Positions 9,647 to 19,676 of a stretch of DNA of 64,000 nt are shown piece after piece. Within the stretch, counting starts at the first letter, position 1, and the number at the start of each line of letters is the position of its first letter. Origin of the DNA: Fibrobacteria bacterium (GTDB taxonomy: Bacteria; Fibrobacterota; Fibrobacteria; UBA11236). The position numbers and the translations under genes were made by a program. The stretch lies in NCBI GenBank assembly GCA_043745805.1, contig JAYTSD010000044.1:1-64000 (forward strand), given 5' to 3'. The notes below the pieces were generated by a model. The model was not told the origin of the DNA, did not search any database, and saw nothing but the letters and a program-made list of their open reading frames with translations.

Positions 9647-10012
9647 ATGATGAATACCCTATTTCAATCCATTTTAGTCGGAATTGTTTTGGTATTTTGC
9701 TCTTGCGCACCCCCAATGGCAGGTTCTCCATCTTTTAGTATGGCAAGTGATCAAAATGAAAAGATGAATAAATACTACACCCCCATTAGCAGTGAAATTA
9801 AAGATAAAGACTGTTATTTTATTGGACCATTGTTTTTGATTGGTTTTGGAATCCAACCTAATCATGAAGCTCTTTTATCTAAGATGTTAGCAGAGGCAAA
9901 GGCAGATGTTTTATTAGATGCTACTTTCAAAACAAGTAGCTTTTGGTTTCCTTATTTATTTTACAACAATTGCGTTTCAATCGCTGGCACCCCTGCAAAA
10001 TTGAAGAAATAG
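9647..10012 (+). CDS. Small lipoprotein (TRL/YbjQ-like fold suspected)
   Basis: Lipobox FCSC; C..F.G.....ADVLLD....C.SI.GTP pattern with a Cys pair. Confidence 0.6.
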   Translation: MMNTLFQSILVGIVLVFCSCAPPMAGSPSFSMASDQNEKMNKYYTPISSEIKDKDCYFIGPLFLIGFGIQPNHEALLSKMLAEAKADVLLDATFKTSSFWFPYLFYNNCVSIAGTPAKLKK

Positions 10013-10021
10013 GAGCCATAA

Positions 10022-10486
10022 ATGAAAAATCTAATTTTATTAAGCGTTTCAATTTTTTTTATTTCCTGTGTACGAAACACCTTTCATACGGGAATTACCG
10101 CTTCCACAACCTTAAATTCAGTTAAAGACTATAAGATTTTAGGAAGGGTAGAGGAAACGTCCTGTAATCGATTCATTTTTGTTCTTTTTTGGGGTGCCGA
10201 CTATAAAAACATGTACAAAAAAACTTTTGAAGACGTCCAAGCACTAGGAGGCGATGCTATGATTGATTTTCAAGTTAGACCCAAAAATACTTTCTACGTA
10301 ATATCACCTTTTGGTGTTTTTTTTAGCGACTGTTGGGAGGCTACTGGAATAGCTATTAAAATGGGTACTGGAAACAGTTTTGATGAAAAACCTTCTCAAT
10401 GGGATAAAACTCCTGATTCAGAAAATTTCGAAAAGAAAAAAGTCGTCCCGTCAAAATGGGATGCCGCTCCAAAGAAAACACATTAA
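10022..10486 (+). CDS. Small lipoprotein (TRL/YbjQ-like fold suspected)
   Basis: Lipobox FISC; DYKILG.VE..SC...GGDAMID...C.EATG.AIK; similar layout to the upstream gene. Confidence 0.6.
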   Translation: MKNLILLSVSIFFISCVRNTFHTGITASTTLNSVKDYKILGRVEETSCNRFIFVLFWGADYKNMYKKTFEDVQALGGDAMIDFQVRPKNTFYVISPFGVFFSDCWEATGIAIKMGTGNSFDEKPSQWDKTPDSENFEKKKVVPSKWDAAPKKTH

Positions 10487-10543
10487 TATGAATACTTTGT
10501 ATCGTAATTGATGCGATTTTATTTTAAAACTTAAGAGGTAAAT

Positions 10544-11497
10544 ATGTTTAAAAAAATTCTACTCTCAATTGCTGTAATAGGGATCGCGTCCCAAGCCAAG
10601 GAAAAAATTTGCACTCCTTTTTTTGAGCTAATCAATGTCCCCGCCGATTACAAACTGTCCACCATTCGAATTCTTAAATCAAAAGTTGAGGGTAACAATT
10701 TCCGTGATATGATAACTCCCGGTAAAGATGAAGTACGTTACTCAGATATGAGTTTAGATTCAAATATTACTTGGGCTAAAGCAAATACATGTCAATATCT
10801 ATTGCTGGGATCTTTAACTCGATTAGGGGAAACGGTACAGTTCTCTGCAAAAGTTATCGATATTCAAACTAATAATAGCGTCTTTGGCAAAGCCTATAAA
10901 GCCAATGATCCCGATGATTTAGATCCCATCTTTGGTCAAGTAGCAAGTTCATTAAGTCAATCAAAATTTGTGTCTCAACAATCTGTCTACGATGTATCAA
11001 ATACCGATGTCGCCCATTTAAAGCAAAAACGTTCAAATACCAGTTATGTCATTGGCATTGGTTATTTAGGTTTCCCTGCACAATCGGATAATACCTTTGG
11101 ATTCAGTGGAGCCATGTTATGGGATGCCCGTAAATTTTTAGGTGAATTGGAATTAACCTCATTTACCATGGGAAATAATAATGGGGCTAGTTTAATTACT
11201 TTTGGTTTAAATTTATTCAAACCCTTAACCGATAATGAAAATGCTTTTTATCTCGGTGGTGGCACGGGCATAGGCATTTTTGGGCGAAAAACATGTAGCA
11301 CTGAATTGGGCTTTGAAACGTGCTCAGCTAAAGATGAAACTACATTGCTATTACAAGGAAGCGGTGGATATATGATCGGAAGAGCTTCTGACTTCAATGC
11401 ACGCTTGCAAGCTGATGTTAAAACTGGCTTAACTAATATCAATGGTTCGCTTCCCTTCGCACTTGGTTTTAGAGTTTTAATTGGTTTTGATTACTAA
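10544..11497 (+). CDS. Secreted protein: CsgG/TolB_N-like domain plus probable outer-membrane beta-barrel
   Basis: Signal peptide; YLLLGSLTRLGETVQFSAKVIDIQT; C-terminal amphipathic strands (FYLGGGTGIG, GFRVLIGFDY). Confidence 0.6.
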   Translation: MFKKILLSIAVIGIASQAKEKICTPFFELINVPADYKLSTIRILKSKVEGNNFRDMITPGKDEVRYSDMSLDSNITWAKANTCQYLLLGSLTRLGETVQFSAKVIDIQTNNSVFGKAYKANDPDDLDPIFGQVASSLSQSKFVSQQSVYDVSNTDVAHLKQKRSNTSYVIGIGYLGFPAQSDNTFGFSGAMLWDARKFLGELELTSFTMGNNNGASLITFGLNLFKPLTDNENAFYLGGGTGIGIFGRKTCSTELGFETCSAKDETTLLLQGSGGYMIGRASDFNARLQADVKTGLTNINGSLPFALGFRVLIGFDY

Positions 11498-11537
11498 CAC
11501 GATTATTCTCTCATTCTGAATATTGCATCAAAGCCAT

Positions 11538-11569
11538 AAAAAAAGCCACCCCTAGAAGTGGCTTTTTTT
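11538..11569. terminator. Bidirectional rho-independent terminator
   Basis: A7-GCCAC-8 nt loop-GTGGC-T7 between convergent genes. Confidence 0.85.
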
Positions 11570-11586
11570 ATGCTCATTAGATTTAA

Positions 11587-12426
11587 TTATTTAAGAACTT
11601 TGACTATTCCTTTATCAGTCTTGATAATGCAAATTCCCGTATTAGCCTTACCAATATTTAAGGAAGAAACATTACTCGACTTGCTAATAGTTTTTCCGGT
11701 AACATCTATAAGTTCAGCAGATTTAACCATTTGATTAAAGCGTACTTCATTTCCATTAATAATGGTTTTGAATTTATTCGCATTACTTAAGGATTTAATC
11801 CCAGTTACAGGAGTAATAATTACTGGACCTGCAACGATGGACGTTGGGTAAGTAACCTCGTCAATATTTAAAATAATTCCATCCGCAGTTTGTCCATTGT
11901 GAAGTATTTGTACAACGCCCAAGCTTGTGGAAGGAGCTCTAAAACCAAAATCAGCTGCAATAACAACTACAGTTGTTCCGGAAGCATCTTGAGCGGAAAC
12001 CGAATACTTGCTGGTAATTGGATTAATAGTAAACCATATATAATAGGATTTGGTATAATCAAATTTTATATCATTTGCAGGCTTACCGATTGCGGCTCCA
12101 TTGCGAGCATCAATAACGCCAGTCAAAGTTCCCGTATTACCAAAGCGAACATAAGTAGAATACTCACTCCATTGGGTGCAAGACGCGGTGGAGAGGGCTA
12201 TGCCATTATCAACTAGTCCTCCTCCGGCGGCAATACTTCCAGGAATATGATCGATAAAGTGTACGGTTACTCTAACAATGGAGTTAGCGGCAGTAATGGG
12301 ATTAGGGATTGTTATTTGTTGATCATTATTAAAATTCGCGCCAGTTTGAGCAAATGCTGTTAAAGACGAACATAGTACCATGCTGCTAATCAATGATTTG
12401 ACTTTAAAATTAAAACGATTTTTCAT
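11587..12426 (-). CDS. Secreted beta-sandwich protein with T9SS-like C-terminal domain
   Basis: Likely start MKNRF at 12426 (track starts at 12465); signal peptide ending AFA; tail ELIDVTGK...GICIIKTDKGIVKVLK. Confidence 0.7.
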   Translation of the reverse strand: MKNRFNFKVKSLISSMVLCSSLTAFAQTGANFNNDQQITIPNPITAANSIVRVTVHFIDHIPGSIAAGGGLVDNGIALSTASCTQWSEYSTYVRFGNTGTLTGVIDARNGAAIGKPANDIKFDYTKSYYIWFTINPITSKYSVSAQDASGTTVVVIAADFGFRAPSTSLGVVQILHNGQTADGIILNIDEVTYPTSIVAGPVIITPVTGIKSLSNANKFKTIINGNEVRFNQMVKSAELIDVTGKTISKSSNVSSLNIGKANTGICIIKTDKGIVKVLK

Positions 12427-12706
12427 AAGATCCCCATTTCTATTGTTATTTGTAAAAACTGACATTGTGACTTAAAATCAAAATTTCAGTATTTGTGATT
12501 TAAATACCATTAAAAATGATTTGCACTCGCAAACCAAATCCATTTTTAACAACTAAGAAATAACGATATATTTGAATTTTTGCTTTATTTAATTTTTTTT
12601 TTGAAGAGTGCAGAATCAAATTTGACCTGCACTTTAGTGGAAATATATCCCAAAACAACAAATAATTGTTTTGGGGTAACTTCTTATGGAGTTCAGAGCG
12701 CCATTA

Positions 12707-15700
12707 TTAATTTCCGTAAATTCGCGCTTCCCAAATAGAATAGCCATATCCTGTGCATCGCGTTGCACCCAACATACGAACATATCTATATGCTGCACCA
12801 CTGGATACCGTCAAACTATCGGTACGTACTCCACAAGTAGTGGAAATATAATGCGATAATTCTAAAGGTGTTCCACCGAATGCTGGATCATTACTGGCTT
12901 GTACACGATAGTCTTTTCCTGCTGCCGCTTCCCATGAAAATACCACGCTGGAAATATTTTTTGCGCTGCCCAAATCAAATGTAATCCATTGTGGATCGGA
13001 AGCCGTACTTGACCAACGAGTACCATTATTATTGTCTATGGCCATAAGCGGACCAAGGCCAGCCCCACCGCCTTCAATTGAGGATGCGGTTGCCGTAGCA
13101 ATTGGCAGTTTTGCCATCGTTACCGTCGCCGTTACTGTAACAGATGCTGTTGCATTTTTTGTCCCGGATATCGCTGTTATAGTATGTGGGCCACCGGCAA
13201 CCGTTCCCGCTGTAAATAAGCCTCCCGTACTAATGCTTCCTCCACCTGAAACTGACCAAGTAAATACAGGTTGGGTAACAAATACCGTGGCGAATTGATC
13301 TTTTGCTGTAGCCGTAAATTGCTGAGTTTTAGTTATCGATACCGATGCTGTAGTTGGGGCTATGGTGATGCTGGTTAATGTTTGGGCCACGGTAACATTA
13401 ACAATACTTGTAATTGTGGCATTTTGCGCATCCTTAACTGTTACTTGAAAAGCATAAGCTCCCGCCTTGGTAAAGGTGGCGACGGTATTTTTAGCCGCAT
13501 TGGTCGCATTGACGGAAAAGTTTACTGCGGCAGGTGGAGTGCCTGTTGTAGCCCAATTGTATGTTAGATTTGCTTCTCCGTTATCATCTGCGCCCACCGC
13601 ACTTAAATTTGTGGTTAACCCATTTACCGGATTCGGGTTTGCCGAAGCCGCCGTGACTATGGTAGGTGGATTATTAACGGTGCTAGTTCCAGCATAAATA
13701 CGAACATCAAAAAGAGAATAGCCATAAACGCTGCAACGCTTGACTCCAAGCATACGAACATATCGATAAGCCGTGCTAGTCGCAATCACATCCATGCTAT
13801 CAGTGCGCGCACCACAAGTGGTGGTTAATATTTTATGGACTAACTCATAAGGCGTTCCACCAAATGCGGGGTCATTACTAGCCTGCACCTTATAATCCAT
13901 ACCGGCTGCCGCTTCCCATTTAAACACCACCTTACTTAGAATAGCAGGTGTTCCTAAATCAAATACAATCCATTCATTGTCAGTAGCGGCACTTGACCAA
14001 CGAGAATTTTGGTCCGCATCTATAGCCAAATTCGCTGTGTAGGTAGTTCCGGTTTGTACCGATGAAGCAGTGGCGGATGCAATAGTAAGTTTGGAATTTG
14101 GATCAGTTACGGTAGTTACCGTAACGTTAACTAAACTCGTAACCGTTGCGTTTTGTGCATCTTTTAGGGTAACTTGAAAGGTATAGGTTCCGGCATTGGT
14201 GAACGTGGCTACGGTATTTTTAGCCGCATTGGATGCGTTGATAGAAAAAGTTACCGGCGCAGGAGGCGTGCCCATAGTGGCCCATGTATAAATAAGATTT
14301 GCTTCACCATTATCATCCGCACCTAAAACACTTAACGTGGTGGTTTTTGCAGTCACAGGATTTGGTGTAGCGGCTGCGGTTGCGGCCACTGTGGGAGGAC
14401 TATTGGAAACTCCATTTATCACAAGGTTCACATTGTCAAAGGATTGCAATTGACCGTCCGTTGCGGTTAAGCGTAGTACATAATTTCCATTAACCGAAAA
14501 TGAGGCTTGCGCATCTTTACGCGTTGCATCCGAAAAGGTTACGGTGCCAGGACCGGACACTTTAGACCAAGTTAAGGAAAGCGTGCTTCCAGTCGGTAAA
14601 TCGTCATCCTCAACCATGCCCGCTAATGTGGCTGGGCTTGCCGTAGCTTGCGCAGCCCCTGCATAAACAAAAGGTGCTGTATTGGGTTGTGCTTGATTCA
14701 ATACCAAAAATCCCCCTATATTTTGCGCACCAACTTGAGTAGCATAAGCCACCGAGGTGAAATGAATTTTTCCACCCTCTACAGATATATCCGACAAAAT
14801 TTGACTTGCGAGGAACGGACTAGATGTGGAAACGAGAGCAAGGCTGGATTTATTTGTGAGATCAATCATTTCCATTACATTTCCTGAACCTAGATAAGCA
14901 TAATTACCCTTTATTTGCATTTTCGTAGCGTTGCTTGGATAAAATGCTGTTTTTACAGGAGTTAAAATGCTTCGCATATCATAGACATATAATCCAATAT
15001 CGGTGAGAATATAAAGCATATTCCCTTTGGCCAGCATATCATAAACGTTTCCATTAAGAGGCATATCCTTTAAAAATACAGGCGCGGCAAGATTAGCAAT
15101 ATCAAAAATTTGAATTTTGAATATTTCTAATCCCACGAATAAGTAATTTCCGCTTGCAGCCACGCAACGTATCAAATTTGAGGCCGTGTCAACGGGTACT
15201 GACGCTATGGTAACTGGGTTAGATGGATTTGTCACATTAATAATATTAACTTCGTTAAGCATGGATGGTGCAAAAAGTGTTTTACCAACGAGTGCTGTTT
15301 TAGTTGAAAACATATTGGGCGGCCGATAGGTAGACAGCAAGATTGGACTGGCGGGATTTGTCACATCAAATGTGTACATAAAACCATCGGTAATAAAATA
15401 GGTAAAATTACCTTCCGATTTAATATCTAAAAGATTCCAATTACTAACATTTGTACTACTTACTTGCAATGGAGTAGAAGGATTGGTGGCATTTATGATT
15501 CGAAAAACGGTTTGATTGGTAATTACTGAACCAACTTGATTAGAAATAACTTCACCAATATAGGCCATTCCATTTTTGACGTTAAGTCGTAAAGGTCCTC
15601 CAGGATTCCATGTAATATTTCCGAGTGTATTGGTTTGACTCGCATATAGCGTCATCGCATCGGTGGACTGTATTTGTCCATCATTAGCCCGAAGTTGTAT

Positions 15701-17479
15701 GCCATAAGTGCCTGCAAGCGAAACATTTGCGGTGGTAGTCAAGGCGGAGGGTGACCCAAAGGTTACTATTCCGGGACCGCTGATTTTTTCCCAAGTAGTT
15801 TGCACGGTGTTACCCGCGGGAAGATTATCATCCAACATACTACCTGTAAGGGTAATCGGTGCTCCGGAGGGTAAGAAAATTTCTTTATCTAAACCCGCAT
15901 TAATCATAGGAGGATAATTAGTTGGACCTTGCTGGCGTGCGTAGGGAACATTAACCATGGCAGTGGTAACATCCACTGTTTTGGGTAGACCCGGACAAGT
16001 TACTGTAGTATTATTTCCTTGTTGATCTAAAATACTGAAGGCTTTGAGAATTGCTGGATTCCCAGTTTTATTATCGGTTATGCTGGCATACCATTTTTCA
16101 GTTACATTAGCGGGTATTAAATTTTTTTCCAATAAATCGGATAAGTCAAACGCAAATCCGCCATCGATGGCCGTTGTTCCTCCATCATAGGCGATTGATC
16201 CGCCATTGAGGGATGTATTATAATTATGTGTAAACGGAATTAAAGTATACGTAGGAATGGTAGACGCAGTATTTCCAATGCCAAAAGAGAGTTGAATTTC
16301 ATTGCGTCTTGCCGTATTAACGGTCGCTAATGCTAGCATACGAGGCTTATACGAAGCTTTGGCTTGTAACCAATACACATCATTATTATACCAAGCGGTA
16401 GTGCGGAATGTAGGGCCGTTGACTACGGCTGAATGCGCCTTCAAAGCATCGTAGGCCACCCACACAAAACCATTATTAGCCCAGGTGGTACCCCATGAGT
16501 TGGCAACTTTAAAAGCTCCTTTTTCACCGGCATCTACGACACCATTGCTATTTATGTCCGTCCAAACATCTTCATTATAGCCTACGATAGTCATTTCATG
16601 TCCACCCAAATAGGTAGGCTGTACATATTGAAGTACCCATTGACTAGCTAGTGCATCGTCAACTGAGGTAGCTGGATCGTTACTGGTAAGAATAAGCTGC
16701 CATGAACCCACACTAGTTCCGTAGGTTAACACATAGCCATCTAGCAAAAGCTGCTTAACCCGCAAAAACGCATCAGGATCTTCATCCAAGCCATGAATAA
16801 CACCCACCGCATTGGCACGATAATTTATAGCATCTTTCCAAATCGCTTGATCCGTTGGCCATATAAATTCATTTTGTGAATATGGAAATTGGGTAATATC
16901 GGGTGCCCCATGCTCCATAAGAATGCGAAAGCTACCTTCAACGGTGCTCATCCCACCGAGATTATGCGTCCATTGCGCCGAAAAAATTTTGTTGTTATTG
17001 GTCCAACCTCGTGCTAGCCCATTCATATGTGTTTGTAAATAATAAGTGATGGAAAAGGGTACGCAACTCCCAATACCGCCTTGATCGCCAATAGGCGGAA
17101 AAAATGCAAAAGTACTATTGTCTACTGAGGAGGGAAGACTGGCTGCACTTACTGCTAATGACTGAGAGGCACTAGGTTGCTGCGCCACTAAATTATTCAC
17201 TACAATTTCCTGACCTGCCGCAACGGGATTTGCGGCGGCGACTGATTTTTGAACAAACCCTTTAGCTTGTGCATTTTTATTCAGACGTTCAACAGCAATT
17301 TCATTGGGTAAAACCGTAATCGGATTATCGATAATGTTTTTTTTCGCCCAAGCTTGTTCGCTCGGAGTAGGTTTACGAACATTGTTTTGAAACATGCGTG
17401 GGTCGCTGGGCTGACCTTGAGTAAGTGAAAAAACAGCCATCCCTGCAATGATTGTGATATTTGCGAATTTTTGAAACAT
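12707..17479 (-). CDS. Secreted multidomain C1 (papain-like) cysteine peptidase with PKD/Ig, LVIVD and two F5/8 (discoidin) domains
   Basis: DQGGIGSC (Gln/Cys), GGHEMTIVGY (His), KVANSWG (Asn). PKD-like W.K.SGPG.VTF; LVIVD repeats (FDVTNPASP); two RWSS...W..FDLG...WE...YRYVRM domains. Confidence 0.9.
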   Translation of the reverse strand: MFQKFANITIIAGMAVFSLTQGQPSDPRMFQNNVRKPTPSEQAWAKKNIIDNPITVLPNEIAVERLNKNAQAKGFVQKSVAAANPVAAGQEIVVNNLVAQQPSASQSLAVSAASLPSSVDNSTFAFFPPIGDQGGIGSCVPFSITYYLQTHMNGLARGWTNNNKIFSAQWTHNLGGMSTVEGSFRILMEHGAPDITQFPYSQNEFIWPTDQAIWKDAINYRANAVGVIHGLDEDPDAFLRVKQLLLDGYVLTYGTSVGSWQLILTSNDPATSVDDALASQWVLQYVQPTYLGGHEMTIVGYNEDVWTDINSNGVVDAGEKGAFKVANSWGTTWANNGFVWVAYDALKAHSAVVNGPTFRTTAWYNNDVYWLQAKASYKPRMLALATVNTARRNEIQLSFGIGNTASTIPTYTLIPFTHNYNTSLNGGSIAYDGGTTAIDGGFAFDLSDLLEKNLIPANVTEKWYASITDNKTGNPAILKAFSILDQQGNNTTVTCPGLPKTVDVTTAMVNVPYARQQGPTNYPPMINAGLDKEIFLPSGAPITLTGSMLDDNLPAGNTVQTTWEKISGPGIVTFGSPSALTTTANVSLAGTYGIQLRANDGQIQSTDAMTLYASQTNTLGNITWNPGGPLRLNVKNGMAYIGEVISNQVGSVITNQTVFRIINATNPSTPLQVSSTNVSNWNLLDIKSEGNFTYFITDGFMYTFDVTNPASPILLSTYRPPNMFSTKTALVGKTLFAPSMLNEVNIINVTNPSNPVTIASVPVDTASNLIRCVAASGNYLFVGLEIFKIQIFDIANLAAPVFLKDMPLNGNVYDMLAKGNMLYILTDIGLYVYDMRSILTPVKTAFYPSNATKMQIKGNYAYLGSGNVMEMIDLTNKSSLALVSTSSPFLASQILSDISVEGGKIHFTSVAYATQVGAQNIGGFLVLNQAQPNTAPFVYAGAAQATASPATLAGMVEDDDLPTGSTLSLTWSKVSGPGTVTFSDATRKDAQASFSVNGNYVLRLTATDGQLQSFDNVNLVINGVSNSPPTVAATAAATPNPVTAKTTTLSVLGADDNGEANLIYTWATMGTPPAPVTFSINASNAAKNTVATFTNAGTYTFQVTLKDAQNATVTSLVNVTVTTVTDPNSKLTIASATASSVQTGTTYTANLAIDADQNSRWSSAATDNEWIVFDLGTPAILSKVVFKWEAAAGMDYKVQASNDPAFGGTPYELVHKILTTTCGARTDSMDVIATSTAYRYVRMLGVKRCSVYGYSLFDVRIYAGTSTVNNPPTIVTAASANPNPVNGLTTNLSAVGADDNGEANLTYNWATTGTPPAAVNFSVNATNAAKNTVATFTKAGAYAFQVTVKDAQNATITSIVNVTVAQTLTSITIAPTTASVSITKTQQFTATAKDQFATVFVTQPVFTWSVSGGGSISTGGLFTAGTVAGGPHTITAISGTKNATASVTVTATVTMAKLPIATATASSIEGGGAGLGPLMAIDNNNGTRWSSTASDPQWITFDLGSAKNISSVVFSWEAAAGKDYRVQASNDPAFGGTPLELSHYISTTCGVRTDSLTVSSGAAYRYVRMLGATRCTGYGYSIWEARIYGN

Positions 17480-17711
17480 ATAGCCCCTTTATTTGTGTTA
17501 TTTCAATTTAATTTGATTCTCAAGTACAATTTTAATGTTGTCATGGCAATATTTAAAATAAAACTTCTGTATTTCAAAATCATTACAGAGTTTGCTTTTT
17601 GGCCGCATGCATTCTCGGTCACCGATTCCTTGGACAATCTACGGTCACCATAGGAGGCAACGAAGGCCAAGGTAGATGCAGATACGATAACCCCTTTCGG
17701 CGGCTATAGCT

Positions 17712-17969
17712 CTATCGTGGCTCGTCGCCACCGTCTAAAAGATTGACATTCACCAGGCCCGCGGGCCCATGGCATACTGCGGAAACAATTCCACCGTTTT
17801 CATAAATGTCGGCGTCGTGCAGGGCCTTCCAAGGATGCGAGGCCTCAGACAATTACCAGCCGGTCGGTTTAGACTTGAAACGTCCAGACCCGAATTTCCA
17901 TTCTTCATCTGTCAGGCAGCTAATGGCTTCGATATGAGCGCGAAAGAGGGGATAGGTTTTATTTTCCAT
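17712..17969 (-). pseudogene. Chimeric remnant: Crp/Fnr-like N-terminus fused to internally deleted DJ-1/PfpI (Hsp31-like) pieces
   Basis: Reads MENKTYPLFRAHIEAISCLTDEEWKF...KPTGW*LSEASHPWKALHDA|DIYENGGIVSAVCHGPAGLVNV...*. SAVCHGPAGL is the DJ-1/PfpI nucleophile motif; TAA at 17855-17853. Confidence 0.75.
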
Positions 17970-18003
17970 TATTATTTTTTTAATAAAAAAAAGATAATTT
18001 GAG

Positions 18004-19305
18004 TTACCGTAACTCATAAGATACGGTATTTTTCAGAGCTTTCCCTGCCAAGTCGAAAAACTCAACAACCTCATTACCTGCCTTTTTTAATTCAATTTGT
18101 AGTCGACCCTTACACGATAGAGACAATTTTAAATTGGATTGAGATGCGGCTTTGTTTGCTGAGCCGAAGTTAAGATTGGTGGTAGGTTCAGTATCTCCGT
18201 ACCAAACCTTGGTGAGCTTACCTGTGGTATAACGGACATTTTCCGTTTGACAACGAGTGGTAACATACATAGCACCCACAGCATCCATCTTTACATCGAT
18301 AGGACATATAAAATCGCCAAATTTTATGGCTGCGCCTTGATGATCCGCATGATAAGCCCATAAGAAATTACTCGCCACATTTCCAAAGAAATACAAATCC
18401 CTCCAATCCGTTGAGAATTGAGTTCCCGTATACCAAAGCGATCCAATCATGGCTCTTCCATAACCCGCGCCCGAAGCTTGCCAGGTCCATAAAGGAGTTG
18501 GAGCTCCAGCGCGATTCAAAAATCCATAATCGGTACCGGGCGCTCCACCTTCCAGAACCTTGTCATTGCCACTTAAATTTTGCACTTCACTGAACCAAAG
18601 CGCTTTGGTTTTTGAGTTGAAGGACATCGTGAATGGGTTTCGCAGGCCGAGATAATACACCGCTCTGGCATCGCCAGTATTTGTGGCATAGAAGGGATTG
18701 TCGGTAGGAATATCACCTTCAGGGATATTGATTCGAAGAATTTTTCCTTCTACTCGATTTTTATCCGCTGCATTTGAAGGGCCGGGTGCTCCGTCATTAA
18801 TTGCACCACGGCATCCGGAAGCGATATACAGCTTGCCATCGGAACCAATCGCGAGGCCGCTGCCATGATGATAGTCTTTGCCTGCATCACCCAAACCGAT
18901 CATCAACTTTTCCGAAGAGGTATCTACCGCGTCACCTATGACTTTGAAGCGGCTTACCTGATCTCGTCCATTTGCGCCTTCACGTTTATTGGTATACCAA
19001 ACATAGATGTAACCATTAGTGGTGAAACTTGGATCCGCTACTATGGCCATCATGCCTTTTTCGTATTGGCTATTGGTATTGGTTTCCCAATTCAAGAAAG
19101 GAGCTTGTTGTGCCACTCCATTTTTAACCAAATGCACTAACCCAAATTTTTCGATGGCTAAAACTTTTCCATCGGGGAGTATCGCGGAAGATACGGCATC
19201 CATATCCGTTACCAAATCCTTTTGATGGTATCCCAAGGGCAATGCCTGTAAACATTGGACCAAATACAATATTGCCGTAAAACCAATAATTTTGTGATTA
19301 GTCAA
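18004..19305 (-). CDS. Secreted PQQ-dependent glucose/sorbosone dehydrogenase-family beta-propeller
   Basis: EKGMMAIVADPSF..NGYIY; HHGSGLAIGSDGKLY; GKILRIN...P.DNPF; GLRNPF. The CTD-like tail (FFDLAGK) appears truncated. Confidence 0.85.
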   Translation of the reverse strand: MTNHKIIGFTAILYLVQCLQALPLGYHQKDLVTDMDAVSSAILPDGKVLAIEKFGLVHLVKNGVAQQAPFLNWETNTNSQYEKGMMAIVADPSFTTNGYIYVWYTNKREGANGRDQVSRFKVIGDAVDTSSEKLMIGLGDAGKDYHHGSGLAIGSDGKLYIASGCRGAINDGAPGPSNAADKNRVEGKILRINIPEGDIPTDNPFYATNTGDARAVYYLGLRNPFTMSFNSKTKALWFSEVQNLSGNDKVLEGGAPGTDYGFLNRAGAPTPLWTWQASGAGYGRAMIGSLWYTGTQFSTDWRDLYFFGNVASNFLWAYHADHQGAAIKFGDFICPIDVKMDAVGAMYVTTRCQTENVRYTTGKLTKVWYGDTEPTTNLNFGSANKAASQSNLKLSLSCKGRLQIELKKAGNEVVEFFDLAGKALKNTVSYELR

Positions 19306-19676
19306 AAGAAGTGCTCCTGTTATAAGGATTGTTAATGCTTATCATAGCTTTCAAAACCATTTTGTCAATTCATTTTCGGGTAAGCAACTTTAGCTATTTA
19401 TCCTATTGACATAAATAGTTCGTTTTGGAATGTTACAAAGTTATCCGAGAGCAAAACAAGAGCGAAGGTATTATCGATTCTATAGTTTAACGGACTGATA
19501 AATCCATTTATCGCAATACATGGAACATCGCTTGGCTTTAAACATAGGTAACACCAAAGTTATAAAATTTGACTCCTAATTTCATTTTATAATCTTCTAC
19601 CGTTCTCTAAAAAAGAACCCATTTTCACCAAATTGCTTTTTTTCCGGTTAATCTTGGGGTATATTTCTCATACAAC

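Noticed and set aside
2179..17855. In-frame TAA codons in the GH43 and DJ-1 remnants as possible stop-codon recoding
   Set aside because: TAA terminates many intact genes here (for example atpD, atpG, atpE), and both remnants have other lesions.
17769..18002. 77-aa plus-strand ORF
   Set aside because: It is the antisense shadow of the Crp/DJ-1 remnant, which carries the recognisable motifs.
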